Source: Cladosporium halotolerans
Lineage: Eukaryota
NCBI RefSeq assembly: GCF_011745625.1
Contig: NW_027191454.1
Span: forward strand, 620,001 to 684,000
Direction of reading: 5' to 3'
Length of the DNA stretch: 64,000 nt
Each line of letters starts with the position of its first letter. Positions within the stretch are counted from its first letter, which is position 1. The notes under the pieces were generated by a model. That model ran no database searches. It was not told where the DNA came from and saw only the letters and a program-made list of their open reading frames with translations. This document shows, piece by piece, positions 1-9,152 of this stretch. The position numbers were made by a program, and so were the translations under genes.

Positions 1-1187
1 ATGCCTACGGTTTCGAGCGCCCGTCTGCTATCCAGCAGCGCGCCATCATGCCCGTCATCAAGGGTACGTTATCTTCACTGCAGCCCCACCTAAGAGACGG
101 GAAGCTCACACCGCACAGGCAACGACGTTATCGCCCAGGCTCAGTCCGGTACCGGCAAGACCGCCACCTTCTCCATCTCTGTCCTCCAGAAGATCGACCC
201 GAACATCAAGGCTTGCCAGGCCCTCATCCTCGCTCCCACCCGTGAGCTTGCCCAGCAGATCCAGAAGGTCGTTGTCGCCATCGGCGACTTCATGCAGATC
301 GAGTGCCACGCCTGCATTGGTGGCACCAGCGTTCGCGATGACATGAAGGCCCTCCAGGACGGCCCTCAGGTCGTTGTCGGTACCCCCGGCCGTGTCCACG
401 ACATGATCCAGCGTCGCGTCCTCAAGACCGACAGCATGAAGCAGTTCGTCCTCGACGAGGCCGATGAGATGCTGTCTCGCGGTTTCACCGAGCAGATCTA
501 CGACATCTTCCAGCTGCTCCCGCAGTCCACCCAGGTTGTCCTGCTCTCCGCCACCATGCCCCAGGACGTCCTCGAGGTCACCACCAAGTTCATGCGTGAC
601 CCCGTCCGTATCCTCGTCAAGAAGGACGAGCTTACCCTTGAAGGTATCAAGCAGTTCTACATCGCCGTCGAGAAGGAGGACTGGAAGCTCGACACCCTCT
701 CCGACTTGTACGAGACTGTCACCATCACCCAGGCCGTTATCTTCTGCAACACCCGCAGAAAGGTCGACTGGCTCACCGACAAGCTCACTGCCCGTGACTT
801 CACTGTCTCCGCCATGCACGGTGACATGGACCAGGGCCAGCGTGACGTTATCATGAAGGAGTTCCGTTCCGGTTCTTCCCGTGTCCTGATCGCGACCGAC
901 CTGCTCGCCCGTGGTATCGACGTCCAGCAGGTTTCCCTGGTCATCAACTACGACCTTCCCGCCAACCGCGAGAACTACATCCACCGTATCGGTCGTGGTG
1001 GTCGTTTCGGCCGTAAGGGTGTGGCCATCAACTTCGTCACCGCCGACGACGTCCGCATGATGCGCGAGATCGAGCAGTTCTACAGCACCCAGGTCGAGGA
1101 GATGCCCATGAACGTTGCTGGTAAGTTTCGCAATACGATTCACAATCATGAATACCCAGCTAACAAACTACTCCAGACCTCATCTAA
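1..1187 (+). CDS. TIF1: Translation initiation factor eIF4A (DEAD-box helicase), 5' end outside window; exons <1-63, 119-1120, 1177-1187
   Basis: Motifs [30 protein letters not shown] and HRIGRGGR. Introns 64-118 and 1121-1176 (GT..AG) give the canonical C-terminus [11 protein letters not shown]. Confidence 0.97.
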
Positions 1188-1745
1188 GCGATATCCACCC
1201 CAAACACGCTTGCCTTTAATTCCAGTACAGTCCACGGCAATACTTGTTGCTACACGACTCGGAGTCAGAGGCTTTTCAAGACTGCCCACGCTTTTACTGA
1301 AAGCCTGAAAAGGCTACGAGAGTATGGCGGCTTACATGCATCACGGCGTCCATTACGAGCGCACACCAAAATTGCTTTATGCGAGTTCTTTTAGACGGGG
1401 TTGCTGCTGCCAGGTTGTATTACATGCTTTCGCCGACCGAATGAAAGTGTTTTTGCTTAGGCTGCATTGCGACTTCGTATGTAGGGAATTGATTCAGAGT
1501 TAAAAAGAACTGTCACGTTTCATGTCTTGCCCTTGTCTTCGTTGACTGCCGAATTGCTCATGTTCGAGCGGGGGTCATAGGAGAGGAAGGCGCGATGGAG
1601 GCCTTGATTGCTGCCTAAGGTAAGCTTCTCTTGACCTCACCCTCTTTGCGTGCCGTGGCGCTTGACCAAGGTACGACTACTCTCATGTCTAGTATTCCCC
1701 CCTCACCGCGGTAAATTGCAACTCGACACGCCACTCAATGTCACG

Positions 1746-3143
1746 ATGGCACAACTACCGAAGCCCGCTGCTGAGCTCATGTGGGCCTACCAATTACAAC
1801 GTGAACATCGTCACTTGTTCGAACGTCTGAAAGCGTTAGAGGCTACTTCTGAAGAACAAAATAACTTGCTCGAACGTCTGAAAGCTCTAGAAGCTACTTC
1901 CAAAGAACAAGACAGTCGCATCAAAGCCAGTCAGGGTTCCATCTCCTCTGATGTTGACGCCAAAATTGCCGCACTTGCGCAGCGGATCAAATCACTAGAG
2001 GACAGCGAGTTCTCTGAGCAAGTCGCTGGTCTCGCACATGAGCTGCGGGAGGTTCGCCAGCAGGTCAACCGTTCACAAGAGAAGCTGAAGGATGTCGAAA
2101 AGGCTAGCATCAGCGCAGCTGTTGCCAATCGCAACGAGCACGAAGCGGTGCTAGACCGAGTGGGAGATGTGGAAGGCGAAATGAAAGGCGTGTACAAAGC
2201 CTTCCATCAGCTCGAACAAAAAGAACAGGCTAGCCGCAACGAAACACGCGCCGCCGACGCGCGAGTCAAAGAGCTCAGTGAGCAGCTTGACACCGCTGTC
2301 GAGAGGTTCGAGACAAAACTGCGCACGTTACAAGCCGAGCAAACTGAGCTAAGGACGCTTTTCGGACGCGCAAAGGTGGAGTTCGAGGCCGCTACTGCTA
2401 TGCCGAAGATCGTGAGCACAACGGTGCCGACACACTTGGACGATCCTGCCAGTAAAACCACCAAGAAGAGAGCCTTCCCTCCTGATGGCGAGGCCAGCAA
2501 GAAGCCCTCTCGCAAACCGAGAATGGCATTGGAGAAAGAGATATCTCAGCTGATGCGTGGCGACGATTCTCTGATGAGGGTTCTTCCCGTATCAAAGAAC
2601 ATCCTCAATTCTACTCACGGGGCTACTGTGAAGCGCAAGGCGGAAGGGCCTCCAGAGCTTGCCCCAAAACCTGTGCTTTTTATGCGTGAAACCAGGAGTC
2701 AAGCAAAACGTCTCAAACCGCTGTTATCAGAGTCGTCTACAGAGGCGGGCAAAGCCACCGAAAGCCAGTCCATGCCCGCTACCAGCGCGAGAAATGCCAA
2801 TATGGCGAAAAGCAACAAATCTAAGCGGCCGACAATGCTTGTCAAGCTGACGCTACCCAAGTCTACCATGCTACCCTCAACTCCATCGAAGGGAACAAGA
2901 CGAGTTGTTCCTCAACGAAAAGCAAATAATTTGCAGCCCAAACCCCTCTCATCAAATCCGGCTGCAAAAGCGAAAGGTAAAGAGAAGCTTGATAGGAGCA
3001 AGAAAAACACGGTGCCATCCACTCCCGTCCAAAAGCGGCCTCAGTCGCCTGCCAAGCGGCCACAGAACCGTCGAAGGCATCTCACGCAAGAAGATGACAT
3101 GGACGAATGGTGGGCGCAGGTCCAGGCCAGGAAGGGGAAGTGA
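1746..3143 (+). CDS. Hypothetical protein: N-terminal coiled-coil, basic low-complexity C-terminus
   Basis: Uninterrupted ORF from the first ATG at 1746 (MAQLPKPAAELMWAYQL). E/K/Q/L-rich heptad-like N-half and K/P/S-rich C-half. No family recognised. Confidence 0.75.
   Translation: MAQLPKPAAELMWAYQLQREHRHLFERLKALEATSEEQNNLLERLKALEATSKEQDSRIKASQGSISSDVDAKIAALAQRIKSLEDSEFSEQVAGLAHELREVRQQVNRSQEKLKDVEKASISAAVANRNEHEAVLDRVGDVEGEMKGVYKAFHQLEQKEQASRNETRAADARVKELSEQLDTAVERFETKLRTLQAEQTELRTLFGRAKVEFEAATAMPKIVSTTVPTHLDDPASKTTKKRAFPPDGEASKKPSRKPRMALEKEISQLMRGDDSLMRVLPVSKNILNSTHGATVKRKAEGPPELAPKPVLFMRETRSQAKRLKPLLSESSTEAGKATESQSMPATSARNANMAKSNKSKRPTMLVKLTLPKSTMLPSTPSKGTRRVVPQRKANNLQPKPLSSNPAAKAKGKEKLDRSKKNTVPSTPVQKRPQSPAKRPQNRRRHLTQEDDMDEWWAQVQARKGK
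1812..1913 (+). repeat. Imperfect 51-bp tandem duplication (17 aa) inside the hypothetical CDS
   Basis: cacttgttcgaacgtctgaaagcgttagaggctacttctgaagaacaaaat followed by aacttgctcgaacgtctgaaagctctagaagctacttccaaagaacaagac (HLFERLKALEATSEEQN / NLLERLKALEATSKEQD). Confidence 0.9.
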
Positions 3144-3634
3144 TCGATTTGCTTCGGTTGGCTCTTCTCTGACGTGGAGACTTGATGCCATGAACGTGCT
3201 CGAAAGTCTTGCAGCAACGGGACAGATGGTGAGCTCATATTTCGCTAAGCTCGAGTGCGTTGGCCCGAGTTTCATGAGTCTCTGGCCGGCGGACCACTCA
3301 AGAGGGAGGTCTCGGTTATGTAGCTATGTCGAATCGCAATTCTCCGTTTTCAAGCCGTTCACGTGTTGATATTTTGGCCATTTTGGCCATTTTTTCACAT
3401 CGAATCCTTGTAGCTGTGTCATACGGCCAGCTAGGAAATTAGGCATCCCTCTTCGGGACGCTGCTCCTTAGGCTGATGCGATGGTGAGAAGCCCTGGCTG
3501 CGGTGAGAGCGATTGTATGTTCATTTGCCATTGACGTGTATGGATTAATCAGAAGGGTATCATAAGCCTAATACATCCATCTTCTCTAGCTCAGTGTAAC
3601 GCGCCCAACTGGGTTTCCCAGCACCTCGACCTGC

Positions 3635-4372
3635 TCACTCGATGTCCATAGCGTCTGTGTCATAAACCGGCTCTTCGTGTCCATAGCCTGCACTGTAACC
3701 ATGCGCCGTCTCAACTACATCAACTTCGCTTTTCGCGTATTGTCTCTCCATATCTTCGTGCCTCGCCTCTTCGATTGCCTTGTCCCTAGCCCGCTGTCTC
3801 GCTTCAAGTATTGCCTTCCTTACCGAGTCCTGGCTTTCGTCTACTGTAAGAGACTTTGGCACACTATACAGCACCAGCTCTTGCTTTTGGCGACCCAGTT
3901 CCGCGACATCTTTCGGAGCGGCAAGCAAGTGCTGTGGTATGCGCGAAAAGTGTTTCTCGATATCCGGGAGGAAAATGAGTCGCTCATCCGGCTCATTGGC
4001 CTCGATCTCGGCGAGCTCGGCGTCTAAGTTTTGCACATACACTCGATCACGAGTGTCGTCAATATTCATGGAGTCATCCTCGACCGCGGCTGGTGGCTCG
4101 GTGCTTGGTCGCGTGGACGCGCCATTGGTCGGCGGCGGGGTGACGGGGATGTAATAATTGCTACTGCCACTCGATCGTGGATCTGGAGTCGCCGGTGTTA
4201 GATTGTATCCGCAGAGGCCATATCGCTGCGCGTTGGTACCTAGGCTGAGCAGGTTGAACCTCTTGGTGAAGCGTAGGGTGTCGTCGTTTGACTCATCGGC
4301 CTGTCGCTTGACTCCGCGCTTGGACGAAGAGCCAACATCGCTCGTGCCAACCGCATCCATTGAGCCCTGCAT
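3635..4372 (-). CDS. Hypothetical protein; start at 4372 or 4360; probable in-frame intron 4183-4239
   Basis: ORF with protein-like segments (DDTRDRVYVQNLDAELAEIE, FLPDIEKHF, ELVLYSVPKSLTV, SVRKAILEARQRAR). 57-nt GTACC..CTAAC..CAG intron. Confidence 0.75.
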   Translation of the reverse strand: MQGSMDAVGTSDVGSSSKRGVKRQADESNDDTLRFTKRFNLLSLGTNAQRYGLCGYNLTPATPDPRSSGSSNYYIPVTPPPTNGASTRPSTEPPAAVEDDSMNIDDTRDRVYVQNLDAELAEIEANEPDERLIFLPDIEKHFSRIPQHLLAAPKDVAELGRQKQELVLYSVPKSLTVDESQDSVRKAILEARQRARDKAIEEARHEDMERQYAKSEVDVVETAHGYSAGYGHEEPVYDTDAMDIE

Positions 4373-4478
4373 CTCCCATGCTGAGCACTTCACCACGCAA
4401 ATCCTCGCAACGACGGTGACAGATTCATAATTCGCCCAGGTTTGGAGTCTGCAGTCTAGATAAGCTTGAAGTTGGTGG

Positions 4479-7400
4479 ATGCTGGAGCTGCCCATACTTT
4501 TGCGGAGCAGCAAGCTGCGCGCAACGCCGCGAATCGCACAGAATATTCCATCACTCACTACCCGCCACCTCGCAAGGCTCAGAACACACAACACTGCCCT
4601 GAGCACGCCGTTCGGTTACATACTACGCAGGATGGCTTCCACGACTGACAGCGAGCCCCAGTGGACGGCTCCCAAAGTCAGGGCCGCCTTCCTGGACTAC
4701 TTCAAGCAGAATGGCCACACCTTTGTGCCCTCCTCCTCGGTTGTGCCGCTCTCGGACCCGACTCTGCTGTTCACCAATGCCGGAATGAACCAGTACAAGC
4801 CCATTTTCCTTGGAACTGTTGACCCGGAATCGGACTTCGCGAAGCTCAAGCGCGCGGTCAACTCGCAGAAGTGCATCCGTGCGGGTGGCAAGCACAATGA
4901 CCTGGACGATGTTGGCAAGGACAGCTACCACCACACCTTCTTCGAGATGATGGGCAACTGGTCTTTCGGCGACTATTTCAAGAAAGAGGCCATCACCCAC
5001 TCTTGGGAACTCTTGACTAAAGTCTACGGCCTGGAGCCTGATAGGATATATGTGACCTACTTTGAGGGCAAGGCCGAGGCTGGCCTCGAGCCGGATCTTG
5101 AGGCCAAGGAGTGCTGGAAGGCAGTCGGTGTCGCCGATGACCACATTCTGCCCGGTAACATGAAGGACAACTTCTGGGAGATGGGTGACCAGGGCCCTTG
5201 CGGACCCTGCTCGGAACTTCATTACGACCGCATTGGCGGCAGGAACGCTGCCCACCTGGTCAACATGGATGACCCCAACGTCCTTGAGATCTGGAACAAC
5301 GTTTTCATCCAGTACAACAGAGAACCTGACAGCTCGCTCAAGCCTCTGCCCAACAAGCACATTGACACTGGTCTCGGTTTCGAGCGCCTGGTCTCTGTCC
5401 TGCAGAACAAGCTGTCTAACTATGATACCGACGTCTTCTCTCCCCTCTTCAAGCGTATCCAGGAGATCACTGGTGCGAGAGATTACCGTGGCGGATTCGG
5501 TGACGAGGACCCTGACGGTGTTGATACCGCTTACCGTGTCGTTGCCGACCACGTCCGTTTGCTTACTTTCGCCATTGCCGACGGTGGTATCCCCAACAAC
5601 GCTGGCCGTGGTTACGTCGTTCGCCGAGTGCTCCGAAGAGGTGCCCGCTATGCCCGCAAGTACTTCAACACCGAGATTGGCACTTTCTTCGCGAAGATTG
5701 TTCCCACTCTCGTCGAGCAGATGGGCGAGATGTTCCCTGAGATCAGGCGTAAGGAGGCTGATATTAAGGACATCTTGAACGAGGAGGAGGTGTCATTCGC
5801 CAAGACTCTTGATCGTGGTGAGGCTATGTTCGAGAAGTACGCAAAGGACGCAAAGGCACACGAGCGCACTGAGCTCTCCGGTGCTGATGTGTGGAGGCTT
5901 TACGACACCTACGGTTTCCCCGTTGACCTCACAAAGCTCATGGCTGAGGAGCGCGGCCTGACCATCAACGACGAGGCTGTTGCCGAGGCTCAAGAGAAGG
6001 CCAGGGAGGCCTCCAAGGGCGAGAAGAAGGCCCAGGCCGAGCTTGTCAAGCTCAACGTTCACGACATCAATGCTCTGGAGAAGATGGACGATGTGCCCAA
6101 GACGGACGACTCCCCCAAATTCCAGAAGGACAACATCAAGGGTGCCATCAAGGCTATCTTCCAAGGCGGCAAGTTTGTACAGTCCACTTCGGAGATCGAA
6201 GAAGGCGCGCAGCTTGGCCTCATCCTCGACCGCACCAACTTCTACGCCGAGCAGGGTGGTCAGGAGTACGACACTGGCCGCATCCTCATTGACGGCGTGT
6301 CCGAGATCGACATCCAGAACGTACAGGTCTACGGTGGTTATGTCATGCACACTGGCTACATGAACTACGGTACCCTCAAGGTCGGCGACGAGGTTCTGTG
6401 CGAGTACGATGAGCTCCGCAGGCAGCCCATCCGCAACAACCACACCGGCACGCACATTCTCAACTTCGCGCTCAAGGAGACTCTTGGTGACGATGTGAAC
6501 CAGCGCGGCTCGCTCGTCGCCCCCGAGAAGCTTCGCTTCGATTTCAGCCACAAGTCTGGCTGCTCTGACGCCGAGCTCCAGAAGATCGAGGATCTTTGCA
6601 CAAGCTACATTCGCCAGAACAGCGAGGTGTACGCCGCCGACGTCCCGCTTGCCACCGCTCGCGAGATCGAGGGCGTGCGTGCTGTCTTCGGTGAGACCTA
6701 CCCCGACCCTGTCCGCGTCGTCTCTGTCGGTGTCCCTGTTGAGGAGCTTCTCGAGGATGTCAAGAGGCAAGACTGGCGCAACGTCTCCATTGAGTTCTGC
6801 GGTGGCACTCACGTCAAGAACACGAGCGAGATCAAGGAGCTCGTGATCATCGAGGAGAGCGGTATTGCCAAGGGCATTCGCCGCATCATCGCCTACACCG
6901 GCATCGCCGCTCACGAGGTCCAGCGCGTCGCCGCTGAGTTCGAGAAGAGCGTTGCTCAGCTCGAGGGCATGTCCTACTCCCCCGAGAAGGAGGCCAAGAT
7001 CAAGGAGTGCCAGCAGGAGCTCAACAAGCTTGAGATCTCCGCGCTGTCGAAGAACAAGCTGCGCGAGCGTGTCGCCAAGGTCGTCAAGGCCAACCTCGAC
7101 CAGCAGAAGGCTGCGCAGAAGATCGAAAACAAGAAGGTCCTCGACACAGTCACCAACTACTTCGAGCAGAACAAGGACGCCAAGCACTTCGTCTCCACCG
7201 TCGAGGTCTCTGCCGGCTCCAAGGCCATCCAGGAGGCCATCAAGACCATCTCCTCCAAGCAGAAGGACAAGAGCGTTTACCTCGTCGGCGCTGCTGCGGA
7301 CGGCAAGGTCGTCCACGGCTGCCACGTCTCTGCCGATGCCCAGGGCAAGGGTGCCGACGCGAGCAAGTGGGCCAGCGCTGTCGCTGAGATCGTCGGTGGT

Positions 7401-7508
7401 AAGGCTGGCGGCAAGGGCGCCACCAGCCTGGGCCAGGGCACCAACGCCGATAAGGCTGACGACGGTGTCGAGGCTGCGAGGAAGTACCTCGAGGGTCTCT
7501 CCCTGTAA
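4479..7508 (+). CDS. ALA1: Alanyl-tRNA synthetase; ATG 4479 adds a putative mitochondrial presequence, ATG 4632 gives the cytosolic form
   Basis: Motifs [46 protein letters not shown], editing domain HTGTH and EFCGGTH, C-terminal GGKAGGK. Intronless with strong codon bias. Confidence 0.98.
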   Translation: MLELPILLRSSKLRATPRIAQNIPSLTTRHLARLRTHNTALSTPFGYILRRMASTTDSEPQWTAPKVRAAFLDYFKQNGHTFVPSSSVVPLSDPTLLFTNAGMNQYKPIFLGTVDPESDFAKLKRAVNSQKCIRAGGKHNDLDDVGKDSYHHTFFEMMGNWSFGDYFKKEAITHSWELLTKVYGLEPDRIYVTYFEGKAEAGLEPDLEAKECWKAVGVADDHILPGNMKDNFWEMGDQGPCGPCSELHYDRIGGRNAAHLVNMDDPNVLEIWNNVFIQYNREPDSSLKPLPNKHIDTGLGFERLVSVLQNKLSNYDTDVFSPLFKRIQEITGARDYRGGFGDEDPDGVDTAYRVVADHVRLLTFAIADGGIPNNAGRGYVVRRVLRRGARYARKYFNTEIGTFFAKIVPTLVEQMGEMFPEIRRKEADIKDILNEEEVSFAKTLDRGEAMFEKYAKDAKAHERTELSGADVWRLYDTYGFPVDLTKLMAEERGLTINDEAVAEAQEKAREASKGEKKAQAELVKLNVHDINALEKMDDVPKTDDSPKFQKDNIKGAIKAIFQGGKFVQSTSEIEEGAQLGLILDRTNFYAEQGGQEYDTGRILIDGVSEIDIQNVQVYGGYVMHTGYMNYGTLKVGDEVLCEYDELRRQPIRNNHTGTHILNFALKETLGDDVNQRGSLVAPEKLRFDFSHKSGCSDAELQKIEDLCTSYIRQNSEVYAADVPLATAREIEGVRAVFGETYPDPVRVVSVGVPVEELLEDVKRQDWRNVSIEFCGGTHVKNTSEIKELVIIEESGIAKGIRRIIAYTGIAAHEVQRVAAEFEKSVAQLEGMSYSPEKEAKIKECQQELNKLEISALSKNKLRERVAKVVKANLDQQKAAQKIENKKVLDTVTNYFEQNKDAKHFVSTVEVSAGSKAIQEAIKTISSKQKDKSVYLVGAAADGKVVHGCHVSADAQGKGADASKWASAVAEIVGGKAGGKGATSLGQGTNADKADDGVEAARKYLEGLSL

Positions 7509-7829
7509 GCTGAATCATGCTACATTTTCTTTTTTTGGTGACACCGAGCGCGAACGCATGGCAGTGGACTGATGTGCTTTGGTGTGCGAAGTTGCTTTTC
7601 TGCGATTAGAAACTCCGATTACGTGCTAAAGAGTGTAACGAAGTAAAGCTACCCGAAAGAATCAAAATCATACACCATTATCGTGTGCTTCCCAGTAAAC
7701 AGATTAACGCCCGCCAAATCATCGCACTGCATGATCGTACAAAATTTCTCAGCCCGAAACTGAAATGTCGTCATCAATCATCCACATGCTCTTGTAATCT
7801 TCGTAGTCATCCTCATATCCTGCAGACAC

Positions 7830-8462
7830 TCAGATACCCAAAGGATTGCTCGCACTACCTTTTCCAGCATTCCTCGTCCCGCTGGCCTTCTGGCCTGGCG
7901 CCTGTGCCTTGCCCGAGCCCTGACCAGCCAAACCAAGCGGGTTGCCAGCGACAGCAACACGGCCGCCGCCCGCGCCCACGGCGTCTTTCAGGTCGTTGCC
8001 GTATCCCGCGACGCCCTGGCCCCAGTATCGCGCCATGCCAGTGATGCTGCCATCGTGCGTTAGCGCGTCGTCGCTTCGCGAGCTAGAGCGTAGCAGTACT
8101 CACCTGTTGCCAAGACCCGCTCCGATCCCATTGACGCTGTTCCCGACGCCGTTCACCACGCCGCCAGCGTAGTTGCCCACGCTCGCCACGCCGCCTTGCA
8201 CGGTGCGGTTGATCCAGTTGCCGGCTTTGGCGGGCTCTTGCTGCTGGGGCTTCGGGGCGGCCGCGCGAGGAGCAGCTTTGGCTGGAGCTCTGTTGGCAGA
8301 GACCTTGGGCGGTGCGCGAGCGGTACCGGTTGCTTTGGGAGTTGAGGACGCGCGCGTGGGAGCCTTGGTGGCCGGTTTGGCGGGTGCTTTGGCGGGTGCT
8401 CTCGCGGCGGGTGCTTTGGTGGGCGCCCTGGGTGTTGTCTTTGCGGGTGCTTTGGCGGACAT
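7830..8462 (-). CDS. Hypothetical protein, Ala/Pro/Lys-repeat N-terminus and Gly-rich C-terminus; exons 8462-8104 and 8046-7830
   Basis: Intron 8047-8103 (GTGAGT..GCTAAC..CAG) joins ORF 8100-8462 in frame to ORF 7830-8036 (..GAGLGNSITGMARYWGQG..). Confidence 0.8.
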
Positions 8463-9152
8463 GTTGTGTGATGCCGTTTGTTGTATGGATATGGAGGTGT
8501 TGAGGTCTTGTTTCAGGTGGAAGAGGTTGTATGTGAAGTCGATATAGAGGATTAAGAATAGAGGGGTGTTCTAGAACATTACGCGAGGGGTGATACAGAT
8601 AGCCTGTTTCCCTGTTCTCAAGAAGGTTCGTCGGCTACGTCAGATCTTATCTTAGCGCCAAATCCCACGTTCTTGCAGCGCAGCAGCGGAAGGCGCCGTC
8701 GCGCAGCCGCGGAGACGGGCTAACGGGCGTTGGACTTGGGTGGAAGCCGCAGGCAATTGGAGATTCGACGACTTCAGCGGACCGACATACAACCACCGCA
8801 AAACACGATAACCCCCGCCGTTAGATCATTCAATCTTTTTCGAAAGGGCCCAATGGATGCCTAGGATATCTGGTATTGACCGCCTACCTGGAGTTCTGGG
8901 CGAGATACGACTGGCTGGCGTGGAGGGGGCGAATGAAGCAAAGGAGATGCTTTCGCGTGGCGGTCAACACTTCGTCTTCGATACTCGACATGCCGAACTA
9001 GGTCGAGGAACTCAGTGCGCGGCTCCTTGAGCGCAGGATAAGGTACGCCAGGTAAGCTTCACCTCACTTTTTGCCTCACTTCCTCACCACCATCACCACC
9101 CCGTACCCACCCTCAACCACCCCCTACTATCCGCATACCGCCAGCCTCGACG

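Noticed and set aside
106..1149. 347-aa antisense ORF over eIF4A (likewise 4623-5552 and 5793-7325 over ALA1)
   Set aside because: Shadow ORFs expected from strong C-ending codon bias on the sense strand; no independent domain.
1121..1308. Extended eIF4A C-terminus shown in the ORF track
   Set aside because: Read-through of intron 1121-1176; splicing restores the canonical ADLI* end.
3584..3630. tRNA A-box-like TAGCTCAGTG
   Set aside because: No GTTCRA T-loop and no cloverleaf pairing downstream.
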